A stretch of 64,000 nucleotides of DNA from contig JBAZYF010000001.1 of the NCBI GenBank assembly GCA_041659505.1, positions 189,274 to 253,273 of the forward strand, written 5' to 3'. Position numbers and translations under genes: made by a program. This document shows, in pieces, positions 1 to 8,543 of the stretch; position 1 is the stretch's first letter; each line of letters starts with the position of its first letter. This stretch comes from Parcubacteria group bacterium. GTDB taxonomy: Bacteria; Patescibacteriota; Minisyncoccia; Moranbacterales; UBA2206. The notes under the pieces were generated by a model, which searched no databases, was not told where the DNA came from, and worked only from the letters and a program-made list of their open reading frames with translations.

Positions 1-188
1 CGGTTTTTGTTTAGCATTTTTTTGTAGGGACAAATCTTGTATTTGTCCTCCCCTTGGATTTTGTTTGTCCTGAAATTTGTGTTTATCCTGATTCAAGGAC
101 AGACGCAAGGTCTGTCCCTACGATATTATGGGAAATTGAAAACGTGGATTGTTTTTGGGTTTGACTCCTCAAACCCCTACAAAATCCT

Positions 189-240
189 GCCAATCATTCA
201 ACCCAGAAAACCACAGTTTCGGACAATCAATCCGCACTCA
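189..240. repeat. conserved ~50-nt module GCCAATCATTCAAYCCAGAAAAYCAYRGTTTCGGACA, copy downstream of the ATPase1 stop
   Basis: ~85% identical to 1709-1760 and 15633-15666; partial copies abut all four LamG stop codons. Confidence 0.6.
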
Positions 241-249
241 TTGCATTGT

Positions 250-1632
250 CTATTTCAACATCCAAACCGGAACCAGCACTAAATCTTTGTGCACCATAAA
301 ATCGTTTTTGGTAACGACAACTAACTTGTTACCACTTTTTTTTGCCAACTTCGTGGCAAATTTAAATTTATTGAGCGCAATCTGCTCGCGATATTTCACT
401 TCGACGTATTGATACGTTTTCGCGTCCAAAATATTATCCGTCGCTAAAAAATCCACTTCATCTTTCCGAACCCGCCGGAAAGAAACTGCGGAATAGCTTT
501 TTTGCAAAAGTTGCAAACAATAATTCTCCACCAAAAACCCCATTTTGTAGTTCCCTTGCGCCTCATCTGACCAAGCATAGAACGCCGAAACAAAATTGGG
601 ACTACCCAGGTAGATTTTTTTACCCAAGCGCCGGGATTTTCTGGCCGATTTAGTGAAATTATAGACAAGCTGAATGAGAAAACTTTCAGCGAAATAGTTG
701 AGGTATTTTTTGACCGTTTTTTCGTCGATGCCAATTTCGCGCGCGATGTTGCCCGTCTCAATCACCGATCCGATTTCACCGGCCAAAACTTGAAACAAAA
801 ATTTAAGTTCGTCCACTTTTTCCACTCCGAAAATTCGCACAATATCATATTCAATGGTTTTTTTGTAGATCGCATCGGTGAGATATTTTTTGACCACCGC
901 TAGATTATTTTCCCCAACGATTTCCGGAAATTGACCATAGCGAAGATAGTGTTCAAATTCTTTTTCCATTTCCGCGCCGTATTTTTGGAAAAATTTTTCT
1001 TGTGTTGATGAATTTTTCAAGACGAGGCATTGCCTCGTCTCTACAGCGGATGACTGATAACCGGCAAGCAGTTCTTTTTTGACCTTTTTTAATTCCAAAT
1101 ATTCTTGAAAATCCAACACCGGCAAAGAAAATTCATAGATCCGACCCACCAGACTCTCGGTGGTCTTTTTGCGTAAAAACAAAGAGGAAGAACCACTGAT
1201 AATGAATTTTATCCGCGCGTCAGTGTCATAATAGCGTTTCAAAATATGTTGCCATTTCGGGTTATATTGAATTTCATCAAGAAAAATATACAGCGAACCA
1301 CTTTTTGGTGCGCTTTTTTCCAAGTACGCATTCAGGTAATCCGCAATAGTAATCTTTCCGGGAATAATCGCTTCGTCAAAAGTCAAAAAAAGAATCGCCT
1401 CCGGTTTCACTGTCACGAGCAGTTTTTCAATCAATTGTTTCAGGAGAATCGTTTTTCCCGTACGCCGGAGTCCGACAATGGAAATGATCTGTTTTTTGGC
1501 TAAATAGGGCAAAATTTCACCAAACAACTTCCGCTTATAGCTGATATTTTTCAACTCGGCCAAAAACTCATCCGGCGAATCCCAGTGTTTGTTCTGTCGA
1601 TAAATTTCGGCTATAATAAAGGATTTTTTCAT
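250..1632 (-). CDS. COG1373-type AAA+ ATPase (AAA_14-like N-domain + DUF4143/PD-(D/E)xK-like C-domain), ATPase1
   Basis: Walker A GLRRTGKTIL, Walker B IFLDEIQY, C-terminal D...EVK motif (VDFLATD...YVEVKY); paralogous to 14180..15478 and 21356..22642. Confidence 0.8.
   Translation of the reverse strand: MKKSFIIAEIYRQNKHWDSPDEFLAELKNISYKRKLFGEILPYLAKKQIISIVGLRRTGKTILLKQLIEKLLVTVKPEAILFLTFDEAIIPGKITIADYLNAYLEKSAPKSGSLYIFLDEIQYNPKWQHILKRYYDTDARIKFIISGSSSLFLRKKTTESLVGRIYEFSLPVLDFQEYLELKKVKKELLAGYQSSAVETRQCLVLKNSSTQEKFFQKYGAEMEKEFEHYLRYGQFPEIVGENNLAVVKKYLTDAIYKKTIEYDIVRIFGVEKVDELKFLFQVLAGEIGSVIETGNIAREIGIDEKTVKKYLNYFAESFLIQLVYNFTKSARKSRRLGKKIYLGSPNFVSAFYAWSDEAQGNYKMGFLVENYCLQLLQKSYSAVSFRRVRKDEVDFLATDNILDAKTYQYVEVKYREQIALNKFKFATKLAKKSGNKLVVVTKNDFMVHKDLVLVPVWMLK
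1019..1046. repeat. palindromic element (PE) copy inserted in frame within the ATPase1 CDS (AGACGAGGCA-t-TGCCTCGTCTCTAC)
   Basis: inverted repeat seen directly; translates as ..AVETRQCLVL.. on the minus strand without breaking the frame. Confidence 0.7.
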
Positions 1633-1708
1633 ATTTTTACATTTATAGGTATTATTATTACCAATAATGTAACATCTATTAGGATGAGTGTCAATTTAGA
1701 TGTATTTT

Positions 1709-1760
1709 GCCAATCATTCAATCCAGAAAATCATGGTTTCGGACAGCTAATCCACACTCA
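1709..1760. repeat. conserved ~50-nt module copy in the ATPase1 upstream region
   Basis: GCCAATCATTCAATCCAGAAAATCATGGTTTCGGACAGCTAATCC; matches 189-240 and 15633-15666. Confidence 0.6.
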
Positions 1761-2003
1761 ACCCTTGCGGGGCTATTGGCCGTGATTAAATCACAAAACC
1801 GTCCAAATCTTCGGGCGAAATAAGTTGAAAAAGTTTGTCCTTTATTTGCTCTTTGATAAGCCTTTTATACATAATAGGCGTAATTTAGTGATTATGATTA
1901 CTATTTTACGCCTAACTATCTAGATGTTAAGCGCTTGAGCGTTACCATTGCCCCGAAAACACCTATAAATATTGCGTTTGATTTTTATGTTTTTTATTAC
2001 CCC

Positions 2004-2032
2004 GTAGAGACGAGGCAGTGCCTCGTCTAGAC
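2004..2032. repeat. PE copy GTAGAGACGAGGCA-g-TGCCTCGTCTAGAC
   Basis: perfect 10-bp stem with conserved GTAGAGACG flank. Confidence 0.75.
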
Positions 2033-2064
2033 GCCATAGGATTGCGCCATAACGTTTTTAGTCT

Positions 2065-2090
2065 TAGACGTGGCAGTGCCACGTCTCTAC
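2065..2090. repeat. PE copy, stem variant TAGACGTGGCA-g-TGCCACGTCTCTAC
   Basis: compensatory GAGG/CCTC to GTGG/CCAC stem change relative to other copies. Confidence 0.75.
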
Positions 2091-2135
2091 AATAAAATCA
2101 TGTCAATCCTTTAATCAGAAAAATCATAGTTCAGA

Positions 2136-5100
2136 CTACTGAAAATTCAACGCACTAGAATTATTATACAATTGCTTCACTTGTTCGGCGGTGAGGGCGT
2201 AGTTGAAAATTTTGACTTCGTCGATTTGGCCGGAGAAGGGATATGACGGATTCATAGATCCTACTGATACATCACCAGCGTGAAGGTTCCAGTATTTATC
2301 TTCTGACGCCATAAATGCTCCATTTTTATATAAATAAACATCTACGCCGTCATAAACAGCAACAACATGGGTCCAAGTGTTCAAGGGTTGAGTGCCAAAA
2401 GATGTGGGATAATAATCATCACCATAGCTTATAACTCCCAGATAATCATTATCATTAATGGCAATTCCAAATATACCAGCATACCCGGTTTCCCCATACC
2501 AAGCCAATGCTTCAGTATAATTCTGGTCAGCGGTTCTATTAAACCATAATGACATAGTTCTTGGAGCAAAACCTATAGGCAAGTTACTTCCTGATGCTGT
2601 CACATAATCATCCCCCCCATCAAAATTCAAACTGGCGCCGTATTTTCCGGTTCGGCCGTTGTACCAGGGGGTGTTGGCGTTGGCGGAGCAGGTGCCGGCG
2701 GTGGTTTGGCCGGAAGCGCCAAGATTAATCGTGCCATCGTTGCCGTTGCCGGATTCGTCGTGCACTGTGCTTCCCTGACATTCATTAAACCGCCACGCCG
2801 CGACCGGTTTGCCTTGATTATATTCCCAAGCAATCTGCGCCGGTGTGCGGGCGTAGTCATAGATGCGGACTTGGTCGATTTGGCCAGGGAAATAATAAGA
2901 ACTGCCAAGAGAGTTTCCAAAACGCACCGGATAACCTCCAGTATCAAGCGTTTCCGTCGCACTGCCGGCACTTTTTCCATCAACATAGATTTTTTGCGCG
3001 TTACTCGTGCTAGTAAAAGCGACATAGTGCCATTTATTATCCAGCACATCAATGCTGGAAGTCGCACTGCCAGAAGAATCCCCATCAGCAATACAAGTGA
3101 TTGTGTTTCCGCTATACCCAGCTATGCAAGATACGCCAAGCTTACTAACAGTTCCTCCGTATGCGCCGGGCGATCCCTTAAGCCAGAAAGAATATGTTGC
3201 ACCGTTTACAAAAGCAAAATTGTTAGCAGACTCAATATAATCATCCACCCCATCAAACGCGCAAGCTGAGCCGTATTTGCCTTGGGCGGCGCAGTTCATT
3301 CCGGTGGCATTGGCCCCATAATGCGTCGTGCCGTTGTTGCCGTTTCCGCTGGTGTCATAGATCGTTTGATTGTCGCCAGCCACTTTTTCATCCATCTTCC
3401 ATTCCCCCACCGGCGTGGCGCAAGCGGTTGTGTCGCCCGGGACACAATATTTTCCGCTCGAGGCATTAGTCGGCGCGCCGGTCGTCGAGACCGATCCGCC
3501 AGCGCCCATCTGCGCCGACACTCCGGAGTTGTAGTCGGTTTTGATTTCGTCTTCGGTGAGAGCGTAGGGGTAGATTTTGAGATCGTCGAGTTCACCGTTA
3601 AAATAATAGATCGGAACAGCTTCGGAGCTATCTCTTCCAATACTCAAAGGCATCGCTGAATAACTTAGCGCTTGCCCCGGGCCATAGCCATTGGCAGTAT
3701 ATATCATTGAAGTTTCTTTTCCATCCAGATACGCTTTTGCATCTGAAGAATTTCCATTTGTCGGAGAAAATGTCACGACAAGATGGTGCCAAACGCTATC
3801 GGTCACTGAACCAGTCGGCAAGTCCCAATAGGGATAGGCTGATCCTGTCATAATTTCAAATCGCGCATGACCATCATTCATCACGAGCAGTGAATAACTT
3901 TTATTAGAGCTTGTATCCACCGGCTTGTTTACAATTATGCCCGAATCATTTGGAGCCCTTTTTAGCCAGGTAGAAATTGTCAGCGAACTTGGTCGAAGCG
4001 CTGTGCTATCTGACACGTTCACATAATCATTCCCATCAAAACTAAGCGCCTTGCCATTTTTGCCGTCATTGGTCCAAGTTGGCGAGGATGAGCCGACGCC
4101 TAGGTTTCCGGCCAAACTTGTTCCGCCAAAACCGGAATTATGCGCCAAAGAGCCGTAGCCTTCGTTGAAATCATACACAGCGACTGGGTTGTGTTCGCCA
4201 TTGTTCATGTCCTCCAAAATCTGCTGTTGCGTGCGGGCATAGTTGTAGATGCGGAAATCATCAATAGCGCCATCAAAATACCTACTTCCAAATTGCGCAC
4301 CAATTTGCATACTACTACCATCATCAACCGTCCCCGCCACCTGGCTATTTTGAAAAACTCCATCAACATAAAGACTGTTGTTAGTACCCGCATGCAGAAA
4401 TTCTATGTGATGCCAGTTTCCACCACCCACAGCCACATTGGAGACAAGATCACTTCCACCGGGTATAGCAAAAGCAATTTTATTGCCATAGCCCATGGAA
4501 GAATTTAAAACTGCATAGAAATACCAGCCTCTAGTAAATAGCACCGAATTGACTGTTGTATCTTTGCTTTTTGTCCAGAACGAAATTGAAAAATTAGGTT
4601 CCAAGGAAAATGCCGGAATATCCACAACATCATCCACCCCATTAAAGCTCAGCGCCGTGCCGTATTTCCCTGATACAAATGGCGCTGTTACATTCTCAAC
4701 ATTTCCGCCTTCCCAATCATCAATCCGTCCGCTAGTTCCGTACAGTAAAACAAAACCTGACGAACCGCTGGTCAAATTGCTGTCGACATAACTAGTTTTT
4801 TCCACGCCGTTGATATAGCCTTTGAGTGTATTCCCCACGACTGCGAACTTAAAGATATCACCATTGGCCGGCGCAGATATGACCACATTTGCAAGTGTCG
4901 AATTGGAACCGCCAAGTGAGCGACCAAGTATCATCCTCCAACTTCCATCATAAAAAACAAATGCGTAGTAAGTATTTTGAGTAGACCCATCTGATCGACT
5001 CAGGAGACTATATTCCGTGTCGGCATTAACTGTATCTAGTTTTATCTGGGAATATTGATCGGCATTTAAGCTATTAGCATTCCAAATAAAAACACTCGCG

Positions 5101-8000
5101 TCACTAGTCGCAGTCTGCCCAACCGTCGTGCTGGAAATAATCTGCGCTGCGCCGCCGTTATAGACTTCAGTCCAGTTAGAACCAAGTGTTGGTCCGGCTC
5201 GATTGAAATCATCCGTCGCAACTGACGTGTAAGAATATGTGACGTCTGAGCCTTGATAATTTCCATCGTTGCCATTTTCGCTCGAATCGCTTATGGTTGT
5301 TCCATTGTGATCATCCATTTTCCAGTGGCCGACCGGGCCGGGTGCCCACTGATAGAGACGCTCCACCTCATCGGCGGACAAGGCGCGGTTGTAGATGCGG
5401 GTTTCGTCGATCGAGCCATTAAATGGATAGGCACCATTGCTACTATGCGCTCCGATTCGAAGAGGATAATCATTGGCTCCGATTCCGCCAGCATATATCG
5501 TTGGCGTGCCAACAGGCGAGCCATTGGCATAAAATTTGATAGTAGCACCATCATATGTTAAAGCTACATTAGTCCACACTCCATCCGGAACGAGATAGCC
5601 ACTACTTAAATCACTTGAATCTGAGGCGGGCGAAGAGTTTCCTAAAAAACATCCCAGATTATTGTCTATAAGATCAAGAAAATAATTACTTTCATCATTA
5701 TTTCCATATCCTTTATTAACTATCATAGCATAACCGGGGTTATTGCCATTTCTTTTTATCCAAGCGGAAATCGTAATATTTGACGGATCCAAACTCCCAT
5801 TGGCCGGGTCGCCCGCATCTATATATTTACCATTCGTTCCAGTGAAAACTCCCCCATTACCAAATTTTCCTCCGGCGGTCGTCGCTCCTCCAGCGGATGT
5901 TCCGTTATTGTTGTTGCCACTAGCATCTTTCACTTCTCCGCTCGTGCCGTTCCAACTCGCTTCGTCCATTTTCCAATAGCCAACTAGACCATCGGTCATC
6001 CACTTGTCGGAACTGCCCCCGAAAGTAGCGCTCGCTCCGGTTTTGGCTTGACCCATACCAGCGAGCCCAGCATTGTAGTCGGCTAAAATTTGCGCTTGCG
6101 TGCGGGCGTAGGGGTAGATTTTTGGTTCGTCGATGGAACCAGTGAAATAATTGCCACCGCCACTATAACCACCAACCGTAAAATAAGTATCATTATACAG
6201 TGTAGCTGGAATTGTTCCGGTATAATTAATACTGACTTGAGTTCCGTTTTTATACAATTTTAAGCGCCCAGAATTTCCTGATTGCGTGCCATCAAAAACC
6301 ATCGTCAAATAAATCCATTGGTTGTCTTCCAAGATATTTGAATCCGACCAGCCATAGTTATTTCCATCCGAGAATAATAACACATCATCTTCCCCACCTT
6401 CACCAGCGTAAGATGTTTCTATTCCCATTCCAGTGGATGAACCAAGATATGAACCCAAAATCAGCTTAAACTCGCCGGGATTATTCGGTTTCACCCATGC
6501 AGACATCGAAACATAAGAATCTCCCGACAGCGGAGCATTCCAAGATGTAGTTACAATACTGCTTGTCCCATCAAACCCCAAACACTTCCCACTCACACAC
6601 TCGCTCTCCGGCTTCCAGGTTGCGCCGGTGATGGTGCCGTCGTTTCTGTTTGAAGTTTCGTCGTGCGCAGTTGCGCCTTGGCCTTCGTCAAATGACCAAT
6701 AGCCGACCGGAGCTGGCGATATTTCTTCGGTGCCTAGCGCGCCGACGGAGTAGGTTGACGCTTCAGTGGAAAAATTGGTGGGGAAGATTGTGTAGGTATA
6801 ATTAGACTCGTCATTGCGATTAAATCCAGTTTCTTCACTGACCCAATTGAAAGTCGATCCGTTTTGGGTTGAAGTAATTGTCGCGCCGGTGGTGGAGGGG
6901 GTGAGGACTTGCCGAATGTAAAGATTATCTATATAAACAGTTCCTGTACAAATCCACCCGTTGGCCGTTCTAACATAAGTGCCCGTATTTGTTAGATATG
7001 CGTTATATGTCGTCCAATTACCTCCACCAGCAAACTGATACCATCCGCTTGAATCCCAGTCAGAATCAATAAATTGAAAATAGCAATTTTCGCCACTAGC
7101 TGTTCTAGCATCAAATGTCGCTGAATATAGAGCACCAGTTGTTGCTGGAACATCGCTTGAATAAGCATATAAATAATCAATACCCAGAGAAATAGCATAA
7201 CTCCCAACATGCTGAGCTCCTCCGCCGACAATACCAATAGCTCCCCCAGCATCCACATACCAAGAACCATAAGTATTGGCTTCTGTCTGCTGATCGCTTG
7301 CCGCCGTATTGTTGGACGATATATCACTTCCATATGTCTCCCCACTTCCCGCCGCTTTAACGTAGCCGGTCAACTTTAATCCCGCATGATCAGCAATAAT
7401 TAATTTGCTATTCAAATTATTAGTGAGCACATTCGCTGCGGAGAAATCGACAAAAGCTGTGCCGTTGACAATCGACAGTTTCATATTAGCTTGTGTCACT
7501 GCCCCGGTCTGCGTCTGAGCAAAACCATTTTCCGCGCTGGTATTGCCATAATACTGCCAAATGGCTTGCTGGCCAGCAGGGAAAGAGTCAAAGCTGACAT
7601 AGACGGAAGTATTGGCTGTTCCGCAGCCGGAAACAATCAGATAGGGCATAATTTTGCCATCATTCTTGGTGAAACGTAAATCTCCGCAATCGGCTTGGAA
7701 TTTGGTGGTGTCCGAAGTGTCCACGGTGAGAGCCACATAGACATTTGTTTGCACACTACCACTGTTGGTCAGTTGGATCGATTTACGAAAAGCCCATTTT
7801 TCATCCCACCAAGAAGCTTCGGTTTTTCGGCCGGAGAACCAGAAGTAAATTGGTAAAATTATGATGACAAGCAGAATGGCCAGGGCGAGGGTTTTGATTT
7901 TTTTGGAACGGAAAATTCTTTTGCCAAATTTGGCAAATCTAAATAGGCCACGGAGAATGGTTAGCAGTGTGCGTTGGAATTTTTGTTTCAACTTTGGCAT
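2136..8000 (-). CDS. giant secreted/cell-surface protein LamG1: signal-anchor TM + DUF2341-like domain + six LamG (Laminin_G_3/ConA-like) domains, 1,954 aa
   Basis: N-terminal TM (LALAILLVIIILPIYFWF). ASWWDEKWAFRK...DLRF...YYGN matches DUF2341. Six repeats of the LamG C-terminal strand motif ID[ED]x[KR]I[YF]xxALxxxE[IV]. C-terminus ...AEQVKQLYNNSSALNFQ shared with three paralogs. Confidence 0.85.
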   Translation of the reverse strand: MPKLKQKFQRTLLTILRGLFRFAKFGKRIFRSKKIKTLALAILLVIIILPIYFWFSGRKTEASWWDEKWAFRKSIQLTNSGSVQTNVYVALTVDTSDTTKFQADCGDLRFTKNDGKIMPYLIVSGCGTANTSVYVSFDSFPAGQQAIWQYYGNTSAENGFAQTQTGAVTQANMKLSIVNGTAFVDFSAANVLTNNLNSKLIIADHAGLKLTGYVKAAGSGETYGSDISSNNTAASDQQTEANTYGSWYVDAGGAIGIVGGGAQHVGSYAISLGIDYLYAYSSDVPATTGALYSATFDARTASGENCYFQFIDSDWDSSGWYQFAGGGNWTTYNAYLTNTGTYVRTANGWICTGTVYIDNLYIRQVLTPSTTGATITSTQNGSTFNWVSEETGFNRNDESNYTYTIFPTNFSTEASTYSVGALGTEEISPAPVGYWSFDEGQGATAHDETSNRNDGTITGATWKPESECVSGKCLGFDGTSSIVTTSWNAPLSGDSYVSMSAWVKPNNPGEFKLILGSYLGSSTGMGIETSYAGEGGEDDVLLFSDGNNYGWSDSNILEDNQWIYLTMVFDGTQSGNSGRLKLYKNGTQVSINYTGTIPATLYNDTYFTVGGYSGGGNYFTGSIDEPKIYPYARTQAQILADYNAGLAGMGQAKTGASATFGGSSDKWMTDGLVGYWKMDEASWNGTSGEVKDASGNNNNGTSAGGATTAGGKFGNGGVFTGTNGKYIDAGDPANGSLDPSNITISAWIKRNGNNPGYAMIVNKGYGNNDESNYFLDLIDNNLGCFLGNSSPASDSSDLSSGYLVPDGVWTNVALTYDGATIKFYANGSPVGTPTIYAGGIGANDYPLRIGAHSSNGAYPFNGSIDETRIYNRALSADEVERLYQWAPGPVGHWKMDDHNGTTISDSSENGNDGNYQGSDVTYSYTSVATDDFNRAGPTLGSNWTEVYNGGAAQIISSTTVGQTATSDASVFIWNANSLNADQYSQIKLDTVNADTEYSLLSRSDGSTQNTYYAFVFYDGSWRMILGRSLGGSNSTLANVVISAPANGDIFKFAVVGNTLKGYINGVEKTSYVDSNLTSGSSGFVLLYGTSGRIDDWEGGNVENVTAPFVSGKYGTALSFNGVDDVVDIPAFSLEPNFSISFWTKSKDTTVNSVLFTRGWYFYAVLNSSMGYGNKIAFAIPGGSDLVSNVAVGGGNWHHIEFLHAGTNNSLYVDGVFQNSQVAGTVDDGSSMQIGAQFGSRYFDGAIDDFRIYNYARTQQQILEDMNNGEHNPVAVYDFNEGYGSLAHNSGFGGTSLAGNLGVGSSSPTWTNDGKNGKALSFDGNDYVNVSDSTALRPSSLTISTWLKRAPNDSGIIVNKPVDTSSNKSYSLLVMNDGHARFEIMTGSAYPYWDLPTGSVTDSVWHHLVVTFSPTNGNSSDAKAYLDGKETSMIYTANGYGPGQALSYSAMPLSIGRDSSEAVPIYYFNGELDDLKIYPYALTEDEIKTDYNSGVSAQMGAGGSVSTTGAPTNASSGKYCVPGDTTACATPVGEWKMDEKVAGDNQTIYDTSGNGNNGTTHYGANATGMNCAAQGKYGSACAFDGVDDYIESANNFAFVNGATYSFWLKGSPGAYGGTVSKLGVSCIAGYSGNTITCIADGDSSGSATSSIDVLDNKWHYVAFTSTSNAQKIYVDGKSAGSATETLDTGGYPVRFGNSLGSSYYFPGQIDQVRIYDYARTPAQIAWEYNQGKPVAAWRFNECQGSTVHDESGNGNDGTINLGASGQTTAGTCSANANTPWYNGRTGKYGASLNFDGGDDYVTASGSNLPIGFAPRTMSLWFNRTADQNYTEALAWYGETGYAGIFGIAINDNDYLGVISYGDDYYPTSFGTQPLNTWTHVVAVYDGVDVYLYKNGAFMASEDKYWNLHAGDVSVGSMNPSYPFSGQIDEVKIFNYALTAEQVKQLYNNSSALNFQ

Positions 8001-8048
8001 ATGTCTGAACCACTGATTCGCACGTGATTTTCCTGATTACACGTGATT
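7994..8048. repeat. ~55-bp direct repeat, left copy (includes the LamG1 start codon and CACGTGATT x2)
   Basis: TTGGCATATGTCTGAACCACTGATTCGCACGTGATTTTCCTGATTACACGTGATT; second copy at 8428-8483 with ~3 mismatches. Confidence 0.8.
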
Positions 8049-8057
8049 AAGAGGAAC

Positions 8058-8447
8058 TTACTTAATATATCTTCTAACTTCCAAACTTTTTGCTCCGAAA
8101 TTAATCAATAGTCCTACTTTAACTTTATAGGCTTCAATGTAATTTATCAACTGAGCAACATTTACTTCTTCCAGTTTTGTGATGGCTTTTAGTTCTACCA
8201 TGATGTCACCATCAACTAGGAAATCGACTCTTCTTTTACCAATCATCGCGGATTCGTAAAAGATATCCATTTCTTTCTCTCTTTCAAATTTCAAATCTTC
8301 TTTGCTAAATTCTATTTCCAGTGCGCGTTGGTAGATTACCTCTTGAAATCCATTGCCTAGATACTGATGAACTTTTTGCGCACAGCCGATAATCTTTCCG
8401 GTTATGTCGGATTTGTAGTATTTATTGTTGGCATATGTCTGAACCAC
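8058..8447 (-). CDS. GxxExxY family protein (PD-(D/E)xK nuclease superfamily; family known from 23S rRNA intervening sequences)
   Basis: GFQEVIY matches the GxxExxY motif; ~125 aa size; C-terminal GLLINFG. ORF begins at a GTG that lies inside the direct repeat. Confidence 0.7.
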   Translation of the reverse strand: MVQTYANNKYYKSDITGKIIGCAQKVHQYLGNGFQEVIYQRALEIEFSKEDLKFEREKEMDIFYESAMIGKRRVDFLVDGDIMVELKAITKLEEVNVAQLINYIEAYKVKVGLLINFGAKSLEVRRYIK

Positions 8448-8483
8448 ATGATTAGCACGTGATTTTCCTGATTACACGTGATT
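8428..8483. repeat. ~55-bp direct repeat, right copy
   Basis: TTGGCATATGTCTGAACCACATGATTAGCACGTGATTTTCCTGATTACACGTGATT; it supplies the first ~6 codons of the GxxExxY ORF. Confidence 0.8.
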
Positions 8484-8543
8484 TAATTTAAGATTTCCCC
8501 AATCAGTGAAATCAGCGTAATCAGTGATAATCAGTGGTTCAGA
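8484..8543. repeat. short tandem AATCAGTG repeats plus partial LamG 3'-flank module (GTGGTTCAGACTACTGG)
   Basis: AATCAGTGAAATCAGCGTAATCAGTGATAATCAGTGG; GTGGTTCAGAC is the reverse complement of TGTCTGAACCAC in the adjacent direct repeat. Confidence 0.55.

Noticed and set aside
37-1785. Small plus-strand ORFs 37..282, 149..412, 1585..1785 and 15574..15813 sharing a CQSFNPENH[SG]FGQ peptide
   Set aside because: The shared peptide is the translation of the conserved intergenic nucleotide module; conservation is at the DNA level in non-coding flanks, not evidence of a protein family.
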